From positions 1 through 26,922 of the forward strand of contig JBBQRQ010000068.1 of assembly GCA_038214755.1 (NCBI GenBank): a stretch of DNA of 26,922 nt, given 5' to 3'. The notes below the pieces were generated by a model. The model did no database searches. It saw only the letters and a program-made list of their open reading frames with translations, and was not told the origin of the DNA. Source of the DNA: Verrucomicrobiota bacterium (GTDB taxonomy: Bacteria; Verrucomicrobiota; Verrucomicrobiia; Limisphaerales; CANJXF01). Of this stretch, positions 8,412-16,754 are shown piece after piece (within the stretch, counting starts at the first letter, position 1; each line of letters begins with the position of its first letter). The translations under genes and the position numbers were made by a program.

Positions 8412-9223
8412 ACGTCAATATTTCCTTCCAGTTCGCGAATGGCTCGTCCCACCATTCTAAAGTCGATTCGATCTCGCGCGTGAACGAAGCCGGCGAGGAG
8501 ACATTTATCGCAGAGCGCATTGATCAATCGCGGCACTCCCTGGCTGTAACGATGAATCCGCCACAAGGCCGGCGCCGTGAAATAAGGCGGACCTTTCCCC
8601 CCGGAGACATGGAGGCGATGTTGCACATATTGCCCAACCTCCGGGTATTTCAGCGGTCGCAAATGGTAGCGAACCGTGATGCGCTGGCGCAATTGGCGAA
8701 GACCATGATGGTTCAAGCGCTCGCGCAATTCCGGCTGGCCCATCAAAACAATTTGCAGAAGTTTGCGCTCATCCGTTTCCAGATTGGAGAGCAGACGCAC
8801 CTGTTCGAGCAAGTCATCAGTCAGGTCTTGCGCTTCGTCGATAATGAGGACCGCCTCGCGGCCCTGCGCCATTTGATCGAGCAGAAAATGGTTGATCTCG
8901 GCAATGGTTTCCAGCCGATCAAGCTCCTTGACCTTCAAACCAAATTCGGTCGCGATGGCTTTCATCAATTGGTCGGCATTGAGAACAGGATTGACGATCA
9001 GCGCGGTGGAAAAATTGTTCCCCAGTTGGTCGAGCAGCGCGCGGCAGAGCGTCGTTTTTCCCGCGCCCACTTCGCCCGTGAGTTGCACAAAACCTTTGCG
9101 CTCGCGAATCCCATAGACCAGATGATTGAACGCCTCGCGATGTTTGGCGCTGTAAAAAAGAAATCGCGGATTTGGAGTGAGGTTGAACGGCTGCTCGGCC
9201 AATCCATAATATTCCAAATACAC
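8408..9223 (-). CDS. ExeA/GspA-family AAA ATPase (short form, no C-terminal peptidoglycan-binding domain)
   Basis: YLEYYGLAEQPF, Walker A GEVGAGKTT, Walker B IIDEAQ, GQPEL, SQGVPRLIN; GTG start at 9223. Confidence 0.92.
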   Translation of the reverse strand: MYLEYYGLAEQPFNLTPNPRFLFYSAKHREAFNHLVYGIRERKGFVQLTGEVGAGKTTLCRALLDQLGNNFSTALIVNPVLNADQLMKAIATEFGLKVKELDRLETIAEINHFLLDQMAQGREAVLIIDEAQDLTDDLLEQVRLLSNLETDERKLLQIVLMGQPELRERLNHHGLRQLRQRITVRYHLRPLKYPEVGQYVQHRLHVSGGKGPPYFTAPALWRIHRYSQGVPRLINALCDKCLLAGFVHARDRIDFRMVGRAIRELEGNIDV

Positions 9224-9279
9224 GGGAATGGTGTAGCGGAAAAAAACCGGTGAGAAAAGCAAAATGGTTTTTGATGGGG

Positions 9280-9421
9280 ATAGCATCTGCCTCCGGCGGG
9301 TGCGGACAACACCCCTTCGGTGTTCAGCGTTGGATGTTCGATGTTCGGAGATGATAACCAATATCGAATATCCAACATCGACCTAAGAAATGTCTTCGCA
9401 CCCGCCGGAGGCAGATGCTAC
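9280..9421. repeat. REP doublet family A, copy 1
   Basis: Inverted arms TAGCATCTGCCTCCGGCGGGTGCG with TGTTCRR-like heptamers inside. Confidence 0.9.
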
Positions 9422-10548
9422 CCGGAAATTTTTCGCGCCGCTTGGATGAGCGCGTCCGCTTCTTGATCCGCGCCAACGGTGATGCGAAGGAAATCTTTCG
9501 CCTCGGGTTTGTTAAACCAACGAACTAAAATTTTTTCTGCGCGCAACTTCTCCAGCCATTCCCGCGCCGGAAATTTTGGCGGGCGCGCGAAAAGAAAATT
9601 CGTTTGGCTCGGGCAAACGGAAAAGCCGAGTCCGATTAATTCGAGGCGCAAACGTTCGCGCGTTGCTTTGATTTTCTGAAAATTCTTCCGGTAATAACCC
9701 AGATCAGAAAGCGTAGCCAACGCGGCGACTTGACCAAGCCCATTCACATTGTAGCTATCGCGAATTTTATCGAGCGCCGCGATGAGTTTGGGAGGACCCA
9801 CAAAATAACCGACGCGCTGGAAGCAAAGGGAATACGCTTTAGAAAAAGTGCGCGAGACAATGACGTTGGAATATTTCAACGCGAGCGGCAGCGCATTTTC
9901 ATCGGCGAAATCAACGTAAGCCTCATCGAGAATCACGACCCCTTTTGATTTTCGGCACAGCCTTTCAAGATCGGCAATCGAATAACCCCGGCCGGTCGGA
10001 GCATTGGGTGTCGTTACAAACGTGAGCGCTGCATAATGAAATATTTTTTTTGGGAAATAACCGATGCTATCGAGCGGCAGGGAAAAATCTTCATTTAATG
10101 CGACGGGATTTTCCAACGCGCCGTGAATCGCAGCCAGCACGGGATAAAGCGAATAACTCGGCGTAAAGTACTGCACCATGTTTTGCCCGGAGCGAAGTCC
10201 TTTCCGCCGGGAGAATTCATCCGGCGGCTCTACGAAACATCTCACCGCCAGAGCCAACAACTCATCGGAGCCATTGCCCACGATAATATTTTCCGGAGAG
10301 CAACGGTGAAATTTTGCGAGCTTCTCCCTCAGCCGTTGTGCAGTAGGATTGGGATAAAGACGAAGTCTTGCATCCACCGCGCGCCGAATGGCTTTCAGAA
10401 CTTTGGGCGATGGAGAGTAAGGATTTTCGTTTGTATTTAGTTTGATCAGCCCCCGAATCTCAGGCTGCTCACCGGGAACGTAGCCATGCAACCCGCGCAC
10501 GAGCGGGCGAATGAAGCGAACAGGTTTTGCGCGCAGTGGCATAAACAT
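9418..10548 (-). CDS. hisC: Histidinol-phosphate aminotransferase
   Basis: KLNTNENPY, GNGSDE, PNAPTG, DEAYVDF, RTFSKAYSL, LRITVG. Confidence 0.96.
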   Translation of the reverse strand: MFMPLRAKPVRFIRPLVRGLHGYVPGEQPEIRGLIKLNTNENPYSPSPKVLKAIRRAVDARLRLYPNPTAQRLREKLAKFHRCSPENIIVGNGSDELLALAVRCFVEPPDEFSRRKGLRSGQNMVQYFTPSYSLYPVLAAIHGALENPVALNEDFSLPLDSIGYFPKKIFHYAALTFVTTPNAPTGRGYSIADLERLCRKSKGVVILDEAYVDFADENALPLALKYSNVIVSRTFSKAYSLCFQRVGYFVGPPKLIAALDKIRDSYNVNGLGQVAALATLSDLGYYRKNFQKIKATRERLRLELIGLGFSVCPSQTNFLFARPPKFPAREWLEKLRAEKILVRWFNKPEAKDFLRITVGADQEADALIQAARKISG

Positions 10549-10607
10549 CGTTCATTACTTCAATTCAACTGGCCAAAAAAGTCGAGTTCACATCACGAAA
10601 GAAGCAT

Positions 10608-10681
10608 GGGTAGCATCTGCCTCCGGCGGGTGCGAAAAGAATTTTTTTTTTATTCGCACCCGCCGGAGGCAGATGCTACCC
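10608..10681. repeat. REP doublet family A, copy 2
   Basis: Perfect 29-bp inverted repeat GGGTAGCATCTGCCTCCGGCGGGTGCGAA around a 16-nt AT-rich spacer. Confidence 0.92.
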
Positions 10682-10843
10682 CGGAAGATGGTCTCGTTAC
10701 GTTAAATGCTTTTCCCGATGTTTTCGTTTGCGGACATCTTGTTCCTTGTGCGCCAGAGAAAACAACTGAGGTCGGAATATATTTTTACAGCATCGCTCTT
10801 TTGCACCTTTGCGCTCAGGTTATTTCCCGGTAATCTTTGGCGC

Positions 10844-11536
10844 ATGAAAAGAGCTTGCCCCATTTTTCCTTTCCCAAAATTCGCGCAGCGGTCAGATACG
10901 GCGGCAAAGGCGCGTCCACTTTTTCAATTCCTCGCTATTTTCTTTTTAGCGATGACCAGTCTTCGCGCCGACCAGGTGCTCATGCAAAATGGAGATCAAT
11001 ATTTCGGGACGGTCTCGATACTTACTACCAACACTCTAATCCTGCAAAGCGATGTTCTCGGGACCGTCCTGCTGCCGCGCGCCAAGCTAGCGTCAATTAC
11101 TTTTTCCACCCACGTTCCAAGTCGTGTGGCCGAAGGAACAGTGCCCGCGCGCGCTCCAGTTGCCGCCGTTTCCACAACGAACATCCCCGCAGAAGTGCCC
11201 GCCTCTTTGCGCAAACTCGCTGCCCACACCAATCTTATTCAGCAAGTGCAATCCCGTTTTCTCGCGGACGCCGGGCCGGAAGCGAATGCAAAATTCAACG
11301 AACTGATGAATGGATTGACCTCCGGCAAGCTGAGTATTACTGACCTTCGCGCGGAAGCAAAAAAATCCGTCGAACAATTGCGCGAGCTTCAGCGCGGACT
11401 GGGAGAAGACACTAGTTCATCGCTCGACGCCTACCTGTCCATCCTCGATCATTTTCTTAAAGAGACTCCTGCAAGTTCCACGACCAATACCCCTCGCGCC
11501 GCGCCTCAGTCTGCCACCAAACCAGAAGACGAGTAA
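10844..11536 (+). CDS. Hypothetical exported protein
   Basis: Long ORF with signal-peptide-like LAIFFLAMTSLRA followed by DQVLMQNGD; start uncertain (ORF open from 10706). Confidence 0.72.
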   Translation: MKRACPIFPFPKFAQRSDTAAKARPLFQFLAIFFLAMTSLRADQVLMQNGDQYFGTVSILTTNTLILQSDVLGTVLLPRAKLASITFSTHVPSRVAEGTVPARAPVAAVSTTNIPAEVPASLRKLAAHTNLIQQVQSRFLADAGPEANAKFNELMNGLTSGKLSITDLRAEAKKSVEQLRELQRGLGEDTSSSLDAYLSILDHFLKETPASSTTNTPRAAPQSATKPEDE

Positions 11537-11554
11537 GACAAACTCCTTTCACGG

Positions 11555-11732
11555 AGTGTGATTTCAAGTGGCGGTCAAACGTAGCGCAGGATTGCATCCT
11601 GCCGTATCGCAGGTTTTCAACCTGCGAGATGCCGCCAGAACGGAAGACTTTCGAAAACCAAAGGCTTTCTTTATTTCCGACGTTCAGCCGGTTTCAAACC
11701 GGCGATACAGCAGGATGCAATCCTGCGCTACG
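11555..11732. repeat. REP doublet family B (four hairpins), copy 1
   Basis: CGTAGCGCAGGATTGCATCCTGC...GCAGGATGCAATCCTGCGCTACG (11580-11732), with a left flank shared with the copy at 16546. Confidence 0.88.
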
Positions 11733-11781
11733 GTGGCAGGGACGAGACAGGACATGGAAAACAAATGCGTCACTTCACTGA

Positions 11782-11810
11782 TTGACAGCCAGAGGAAAAT
11801 CCCTTTCAAT
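11782..11810 (+). promoter_or_regulatory. Putative sigma70 promoter for the lipoprotein gene
   Basis: TTGACA-17 bp-TTCAAT, 35 bp upstream of the ATG. Confidence 0.5.
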
Positions 11811-11845
11811 GTAAATGTCGGGGAAAAAAAATATCACCAACAATT

Positions 11846-12145
11846 ATGAAAAATAAATTAATACTGCTGTTCGCTTCGATTGCGCTCGTTGCCTGCAACA
11901 AAGAAAAAGACGCCATTGAAGATAATAAAGAGGCCACGAAGGATGCTCTCAACGATCAAAAAAAGGCGGTTGATCAAGCCGCCAGCGACGCCAAGAAACA
12001 AGCCGAGGCCGATGCGAAAGTTGAGAAAGCCCGTATCGAAGCACAAAAGGACTCCGAAAAAGCGCAACTGGATGCCGAAAAAAAGAAAGCAGAAGCACAG
12101 GCTGAATTGGACAAAGCCAAAGTGGACGCAGCGAAAAAACCATAG
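11846..12145 (+). CDS. Small Ala/Lys/Glu-rich coiled-coil lipoprotein
   Basis: Signal peptide with lipobox LVAC; charged helical mature region. Confidence 0.88.
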   Translation: MKNKLILLFASIALVACNKEKDAIEDNKEATKDALNDQKKAVDQAASDAKKQAEADAKVEKARIEAQKDSEKAQLDAEKKKAEAQAELDKAKVDAAKKP

Positions 12146-12168
12146 TTCTCTGGCCTCAATAGTTTGTT

Positions 12169-12203
12169 GACCCGCGCCTTCAAAAAAGGCGCGGGTCTTT
12201 TTT
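12169..12203 (+). terminator. Rho-independent terminator
   Basis: GACCCGCGCCTT-CAAAA-AAGGCGCGGGTC followed by TTTTTT. Confidence 0.9.
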
Positions 12204-12240
12204 ATTTAAGTTGGCATCATTTAGTTGCGCAATGGCAGCA

Positions 12241-12428
12241 GGGGGTGTGATTAAAAGTGGGAGAGGTTGGAACCGAACTTATTTTTGGCCTGCGGGGACA
12301 CGCCCCCGCTTTGGCTGCACGGTGGAAAAGCCGGAAAGGTTTATTTTGAGCTTTCTCCCTCGCGTCACGTGCAGGAAAAGCGGCGTCAGGCCGTCGCAGT
12401 CCAAAAAAAACCAAATCCCGCCTCACCC
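12241..12428. mobile_element. REP-carrying MITE, copy 2 (inverted relative to copy 1, one end truncated)
   Basis: Reverse complement is highly similar to 6185-6372; the outer part of the second TIR is missing. Confidence 0.85.
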
Positions 12429-12447
12429 AGGGAATGGCCCCCGAAAC

Positions 12448-13122
12448 TCAATTGGCAATTTGATCTTCCGGACGGGCTGCTCCGGGCGTCGCTTGGAGGG
12501 CGAGCTTGAGGATGACATTATCGCGGATGAGATCATTCTGTTTGCCGGGATAATTGATGTTAAAATCTTTCCGATTGATGGCGAAATCGCCCTGCACCGT
12601 CACCTTCTCATCGGTCACTTCAATTTTCGCTGGAAAAGAAATGCTCTTAATCACTCCGTGCATTTCGAAGTTGCCGGTGATCTTGTGCTGGCCTTCCGCC
12701 GGCTCAATGCTCGTGACGGTGAAGGTCGCCATCGGATATTTTTGCACATCGAAAAAATCCGCGCTCTTGAGGTGGCCGGTCAACCTCTCGTTGTCGGCCC
12801 AGATGGATTTCATATTGATCTGAATGACCGGCGAGCCAACAATTTTTCCGCCCGCGACGCTGATGGTGCCCGCAAAATTCTTGAAGCCGCCGTCGTGTTT
12901 TCCCGTCACTTTTGAACCGATGAACCCAATGGTGGAACTGCTGCGAACGACATATTCCTTAGCGGCAGTTGGCGCATCCGGGGCGGCTTCGACCTTTGCC
13001 GGCTCAGACGCAGCGCTCTTGTGAACTTTGTTGGCGGGATCGGAGCAACCCACCAAGAGTAGAAGAGCAACGGCAGGAGCAATGGAACTGAAATTGGATT
13101 TTCTGGGCACTGCGATTTTCAT
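12448..13122 (-). CDS. YceI-family lipid/polyisoprenoid-binding lipoprotein
   Basis: Lipobox LVGC; GHLKSADFFDVQKYP, INRKDF. Confidence 0.92.
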   Translation of the reverse strand: MKIAVPRKSNFSSIAPAVALLLLVGCSDPANKVHKSAASEPAKVEAAPDAPTAAKEYVVRSSSTIGFIGSKVTGKHDGGFKNFAGTISVAGGKIVGSPVIQINMKSIWADNERLTGHLKSADFFDVQKYPMATFTVTSIEPAEGQHKITGNFEMHGVIKSISFPAKIEVTDEKVTVQGDFAINRKDFNINYPGKQNDLIRDNVILKLALQATPGAARPEDQIAN

Positions 13123-13192
13123 ATGGTGGATTATCACCGTCAAACATCCATCAAGTAAAGTTCCAATGCGATAGCGCTACCACCAAGGCAAC

Positions 13193-14950
13193 TCATGGTG
13201 CGGCGCTTGCACGGTAGAATCGGGTGTTCGTGCTTGAGGAGGTTGGATCAACAAATACAAATTGCGATGAGGGCAGCACCAGATTGGTCAGCACAGTCCA
13301 GTTAGTGCCGGGAAGAGACGAGGCGACCTCCAACCGGTGACGAAATCCGAGGCTTCCCTGAATGATGAGCGTCACTGGATCATTTTGTTGAATGCTTAAT
13401 TTAGGAGCCGGAGGAGTAAAAAATCCGACGAACGGAGCGCCCGTCTGTAACTTGAATAACGCCGCATCGCCGCCATTCAAATTCAACACAAGCTGTCTCT
13501 TACCGTTGCCTATGTCGGCCATCGCATTGGTTTGTAACAGGCCAGTAACCGGATTGAGCAGGACCGCAGTGGTAGGAGGAGAACTGGCAAAGTTAAGCTT
13601 GATCTCCTGCATACAATCGGCCGCAGAGCCAGTGGGGTCAGTCAGTCCGTTGACCACCATGAAATAAATTTGATTATTGAAATTGGTTCCATCGAATCCC
13701 TCGTCCATCGGCTTGAACCAGGAGATGATTACGTCACCGCGTCCGCCGTTATTCTTAACTCCTGCTTTGTTGGTTACGCTCCATCCGTTCAAAAAGGAAT
13801 CGTTCCGCTGATAGACCCAATCGGTGTAGTTAACGGTTGGATTATCCTGGTCAGGCAGGAAACCACTTGGAATAGGGGTCAATGTTCCACTGAAATTCGT
13901 TCCGCGAATAATCAAGATACTTGTCGTGTAACCGTTCGAACCTTCGATTGTAATTGGAGTCAAACGTGTCAGTGCTTTGCCAAAATTTAGCGCGCGTTTG
14001 TTGATGTCGATCATCTCAGCGTAAAGACCATTGGTGCTGATGACGCTGTCGCCTGAGCCGTTAAAAGTTTTTGTAAAAAGCGAAGCCGCGCCAGTGTTGT
14101 AAGTAAAGTCTGTGAAAAATTTTGCGTTGAAAGCCATCGCCGCAAAAGTATTAAGCCGGAGTTCCGACGGTGACGGATCGCGAAAAACATGCTGGTCGTA
14201 ATCCTGCACGGCATGAAATGTTTGCCGATAAATCGCCAGCGGAATTCCGAAGCTTTTGGCGTACTCGCGATCCTGGCGCAAGTAGGCATACCAATCTTTG
14301 AGTAGCGTGCTGCCCGGGCCTGGGATGGCGGGACCGGTGTGGTTCGTTTGATTGCTGTCCCAGACCGATTGCCACGGGTAGGTATCGAAGCAAAGCAGAT
14401 CGGGCCGCGCGCGAGATAGGTAGTCGGCTAATTGCGCGTCACCGATCTGGCCGCCCCAATTATTGTGATAAAGGATCGCGTTCGGCCAATTGCTGCGAAC
14501 GGTAATAAACCAATTGACCAGGCGAGTGCGGGTCGCGTCGTCATTGAGGTTCCATTCGTCGCCGAGTTGAATGCTGATGAGTTGGTTCGTGTAGGGGATT
14601 TCGTTGCTGCGCGAAAACGAATCGCCATTTCCAGTTTGGCCAACGCCCATTGTCGGCATGTTGTCTTCATCGGAAACCCACCGCGCCCAAGGAAAGCCCG
14701 GCGTCTCACCGACAAATATTGGAAGCGGTCCGAGATTGCCGGTGGAATTCCACAAAAAATTTACGGCGGTGTAATTCGCATTGGAGTAGGTGTCCAAATG
14801 AAAGTAATTGTCGGGCGTAATCAGGCCTTGAATCTGCAATCCGCGCTCGAGAAGAATCAAATTTCCTTTGCTGATCTGAGCATGGGCGTTCGCCCAAAAA
14901 AGGGAAACGTTCGCTACTAGCGCCACGAGGAGGATTCGAGAAAAAGGCAT
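13193..14950 (-). CDS. Secreted protein, possible glycoside-hydrolase-like barrel, with C-terminal RFYR domain
   Basis: Signal peptide ending AHA; QLGDEW and PDLLCFDTYP motifs; start uncertain. Confidence 0.75.
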   Translation of the reverse strand: MPFSRILLVALVANVSLFWANAHAQISKGNLILLERGLQIQGLITPDNYFHLDTYSNANYTAVNFLWNSTGNLGPLPIFVGETPGFPWARWVSDEDNMPTMGVGQTGNGDSFSRSNEIPYTNQLISIQLGDEWNLNDDATRTRLVNWFITVRSNWPNAILYHNNWGGQIGDAQLADYLSRARPDLLCFDTYPWQSVWDSNQTNHTGPAIPGPGSTLLKDWYAYLRQDREYAKSFGIPLAIYRQTFHAVQDYDQHVFRDPSPSELRLNTFAAMAFNAKFFTDFTYNTGAASLFTKTFNGSGDSVISTNGLYAEMIDINKRALNFGKALTRLTPITIEGSNGYTTSILIIRGTNFSGTLTPIPSGFLPDQDNPTVNYTDWVYQRNDSFLNGWSVTNKAGVKNNGGRGDVIISWFKPMDEGFDGTNFNNQIYFMVVNGLTDPTGSAADCMQEIKLNFASSPPTTAVLLNPVTGLLQTNAMADIGNGKRQLVLNLNGGDAALFKLQTGAPFVGFFTPPAPKLSIQQNDPVTLIIQGSLGFRHRLEVASSLPGTNWTVLTNLVLPSSQFVFVDPTSSSTNTRFYRASAAP

Positions 14951-15095
14951 GTCGAATCGTAAGTTCATTTTCCCCTTGAAACAAGTTTGAAGGCAAATTT
15001 TCGGAAGCATTTCGGCAATGAACCTCCCAAAGAGAGAGAACGAATTCAGGCGCGCCGGTTCGTGGGCGATGAAGTTCAACCGACGTCGAGAGACT

Positions 15096-15191
15096 GGAGC
15101 GCGGAATTTTTTCCGCTTCGCCTGGAGCGTCCCCCTCGATCACCGCTCATCGAATGATAGGCCTGTTGAAGCGGACTGAAGTCCGCGCTCC
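15096..15191. repeat. GGAG-type REP doublet
   Basis: GGAGCGCGGAATTTTTTCCGCTTC ... GAAGCGGACTGAAGTCCGCGCTCC; degenerate single copy near 6972-6999. Confidence 0.75.
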
Positions 15192-15238
15192 TCCTCGTCG
15201 CGATGCTTGAAAACAATCGCGGAGATTCTCTCAATCAA

Positions 15239-16333
15239 CTAAATCGATTTCTTCAAACCTAATCCCAAAACTTCTTTGCAATATTTCAGGCTCCGCTCGA
15301 TCTCACCTTTTTGATATTCCTGTTCAGCTTCCGGCGTGGCGGATTTGTGCGGCGCGCGAGGCTTCCCTTTCTTGGCCAGCGCCAAAAACTTGGCGAAATC
15401 TCTTGCCCTGGCTCGCGGCCAAACGTTCCAGAACTCGTCTTTGAAAAAAGGTATCTCGCGATTGAAACCGGAGATCGTTTCGATATGCACCGGAACTCCC
15501 GGACACAACTCGGCGAAACGTTTGAAATAAGTTTTTAAATCCGTAGTCCCCTCGCCCATCGCCGTCCATTGCACAGTCGCTCCATTTTCAGATTCCCAGA
15601 CGGCGGAGTCGCGCAGGCTGGTGGTGACCACATATGGCGCGAGTATTTCAAGATTTTCCAGCGGATCTTCCATCGTCCAAACGGCATTTCCAGAATCGAT
15701 GTTCGCGCCGACAAAATCCTTCCCGGCCGCTTCAATCAAGGTCACCAACTCCCACGACTGCATGTCGCCGCCATGATTCTCGACCGCGATTTTCACGCCG
15801 GCATCCACCGCGCGACTGCGACACGCCTGACAAACTTTCACGGTGTCAGCAATGCGCGCTTCGATGCCGCCTTCGCTTTTGCGATCATCGCCCAAGCCCA
15901 GAATGACGCGAATGACCGGCGAGCCGAGAGCGCCAGCCACGCGGATTCCCAGCGCGAGATGTTCCTCCGCCGTGCCCCATTTATTTTTGAAAAATTTTGA
16001 GGTGGGACAAATACTCCAGGTGCCCGCGTGAATTTGCAGCGCGTTGTCCGACGCTTTCTTCCGCAAATTTTTTAAATAGGCCCCGTCGAAATTTTCAAAC
16101 GCGTCCAGGTCCGTAATGAAAAGCGAATCTGTTTTGAGCGAGACGGCGTAATCAATCAATTGCGACGCATTCCATTTCAAAGCGCGCACCGAAAAATTAT
16201 CGAGGCCGAGTTTGATTTTAGGGGCAGCAGGATTTTCCTGCGCCAAAATATTTTCGCCGAGTGCAACGCCCGCGCCGGCCAGGGCGAAAGTTTTGACAAA
16301 GTTTCTTCGCGAAAAACCAAAGGTTGAATTCAT
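15239..16333 (-). CDS. Tat-exported sugar phosphate isomerase/epimerase (xylose isomerase-like TIM barrel)
   Basis: SRRNFVK twin-arginine signal; IAVENH, DSGN, HIET motifs. Confidence 0.88.
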   Translation of the reverse strand: MNSTFGFSRRNFVKTFALAGAGVALGENILAQENPAAPKIKLGLDNFSVRALKWNASQLIDYAVSLKTDSLFITDLDAFENFDGAYLKNLRKKASDNALQIHAGTWSICPTSKFFKNKWGTAEEHLALGIRVAGALGSPVIRVILGLGDDRKSEGGIEARIADTVKVCQACRSRAVDAGVKIAVENHGGDMQSWELVTLIEAAGKDFVGANIDSGNAVWTMEDPLENLEILAPYVVTTSLRDSAVWESENGATVQWTAMGEGTTDLKTYFKRFAELCPGVPVHIETISGFNREIPFFKDEFWNVWPRARARDFAKFLALAKKGKPRAPHKSATPEAEQEYQKGEIERSLKYCKEVLGLGLKKSI

Positions 16334-16402
16334 AGAATAAAAATAATCTAGGCAGGCTTGGTCGGATTGGGCAACGAAACTTCCGCTGCGTCGCACCACC
16401 AC

Positions 16403-16544
16403 CGGGTAGCATCTGCCTCCGGCGGGCGTGGCTAGAATTTTCCCAATTCGATGTTCAGTGTTCGATGTTCAATGTTCGGAAAGGAATTGACATCGAACAC
16501 TGAACACCGAACTGACTCGCACCCGCGGAGGCAGATGCTACCCG
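16403..16544. repeat. REP doublet family A, copy 3
   Basis: Same arms, slightly decayed, with direct and inverted TGTTCRR heptamer runs inside. Confidence 0.88.
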
Positions 16545-16545
16545 A

Positions 16546-16706
16546 AGTGTGATTTCAACCGGCGGTCAAAACGTAGCGCAGATTTCCAATCTGCCGTATC
16601 GCGGGTTCCCAACCCGCAGACGCTGGACAGTTCAAACGCATCTGGAATTGTGGAGGTCCAACCGATTAGAAATCGGCGATACAGCAGGTTGGAAATCTGC
16701 GCTACG
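16546..16706. repeat. REP doublet family B, copy 2
   Basis: CGTAGCGCAGATTTCCAATCTGC...GCAGGTTGGAAATCTGCGCTACG (16572-16706) plus the shared left flank. Confidence 0.88.
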
Positions 16707-16754
16707 AATCTTGCTAAACGCCACACCCTTATCATCTGGATCGGGCTAAAGAAA

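Noticed and set aside
9224..9361. N-terminal extension of ExeA
   Set aside because: Derived from REP and heptamer sequence; the family N-terminus begins at the GTG at 9223.
11568..11849. ORFs over family B repeats (also 16538-16832)
   Set aside because: Open frames arising from palindromic REP sequence.
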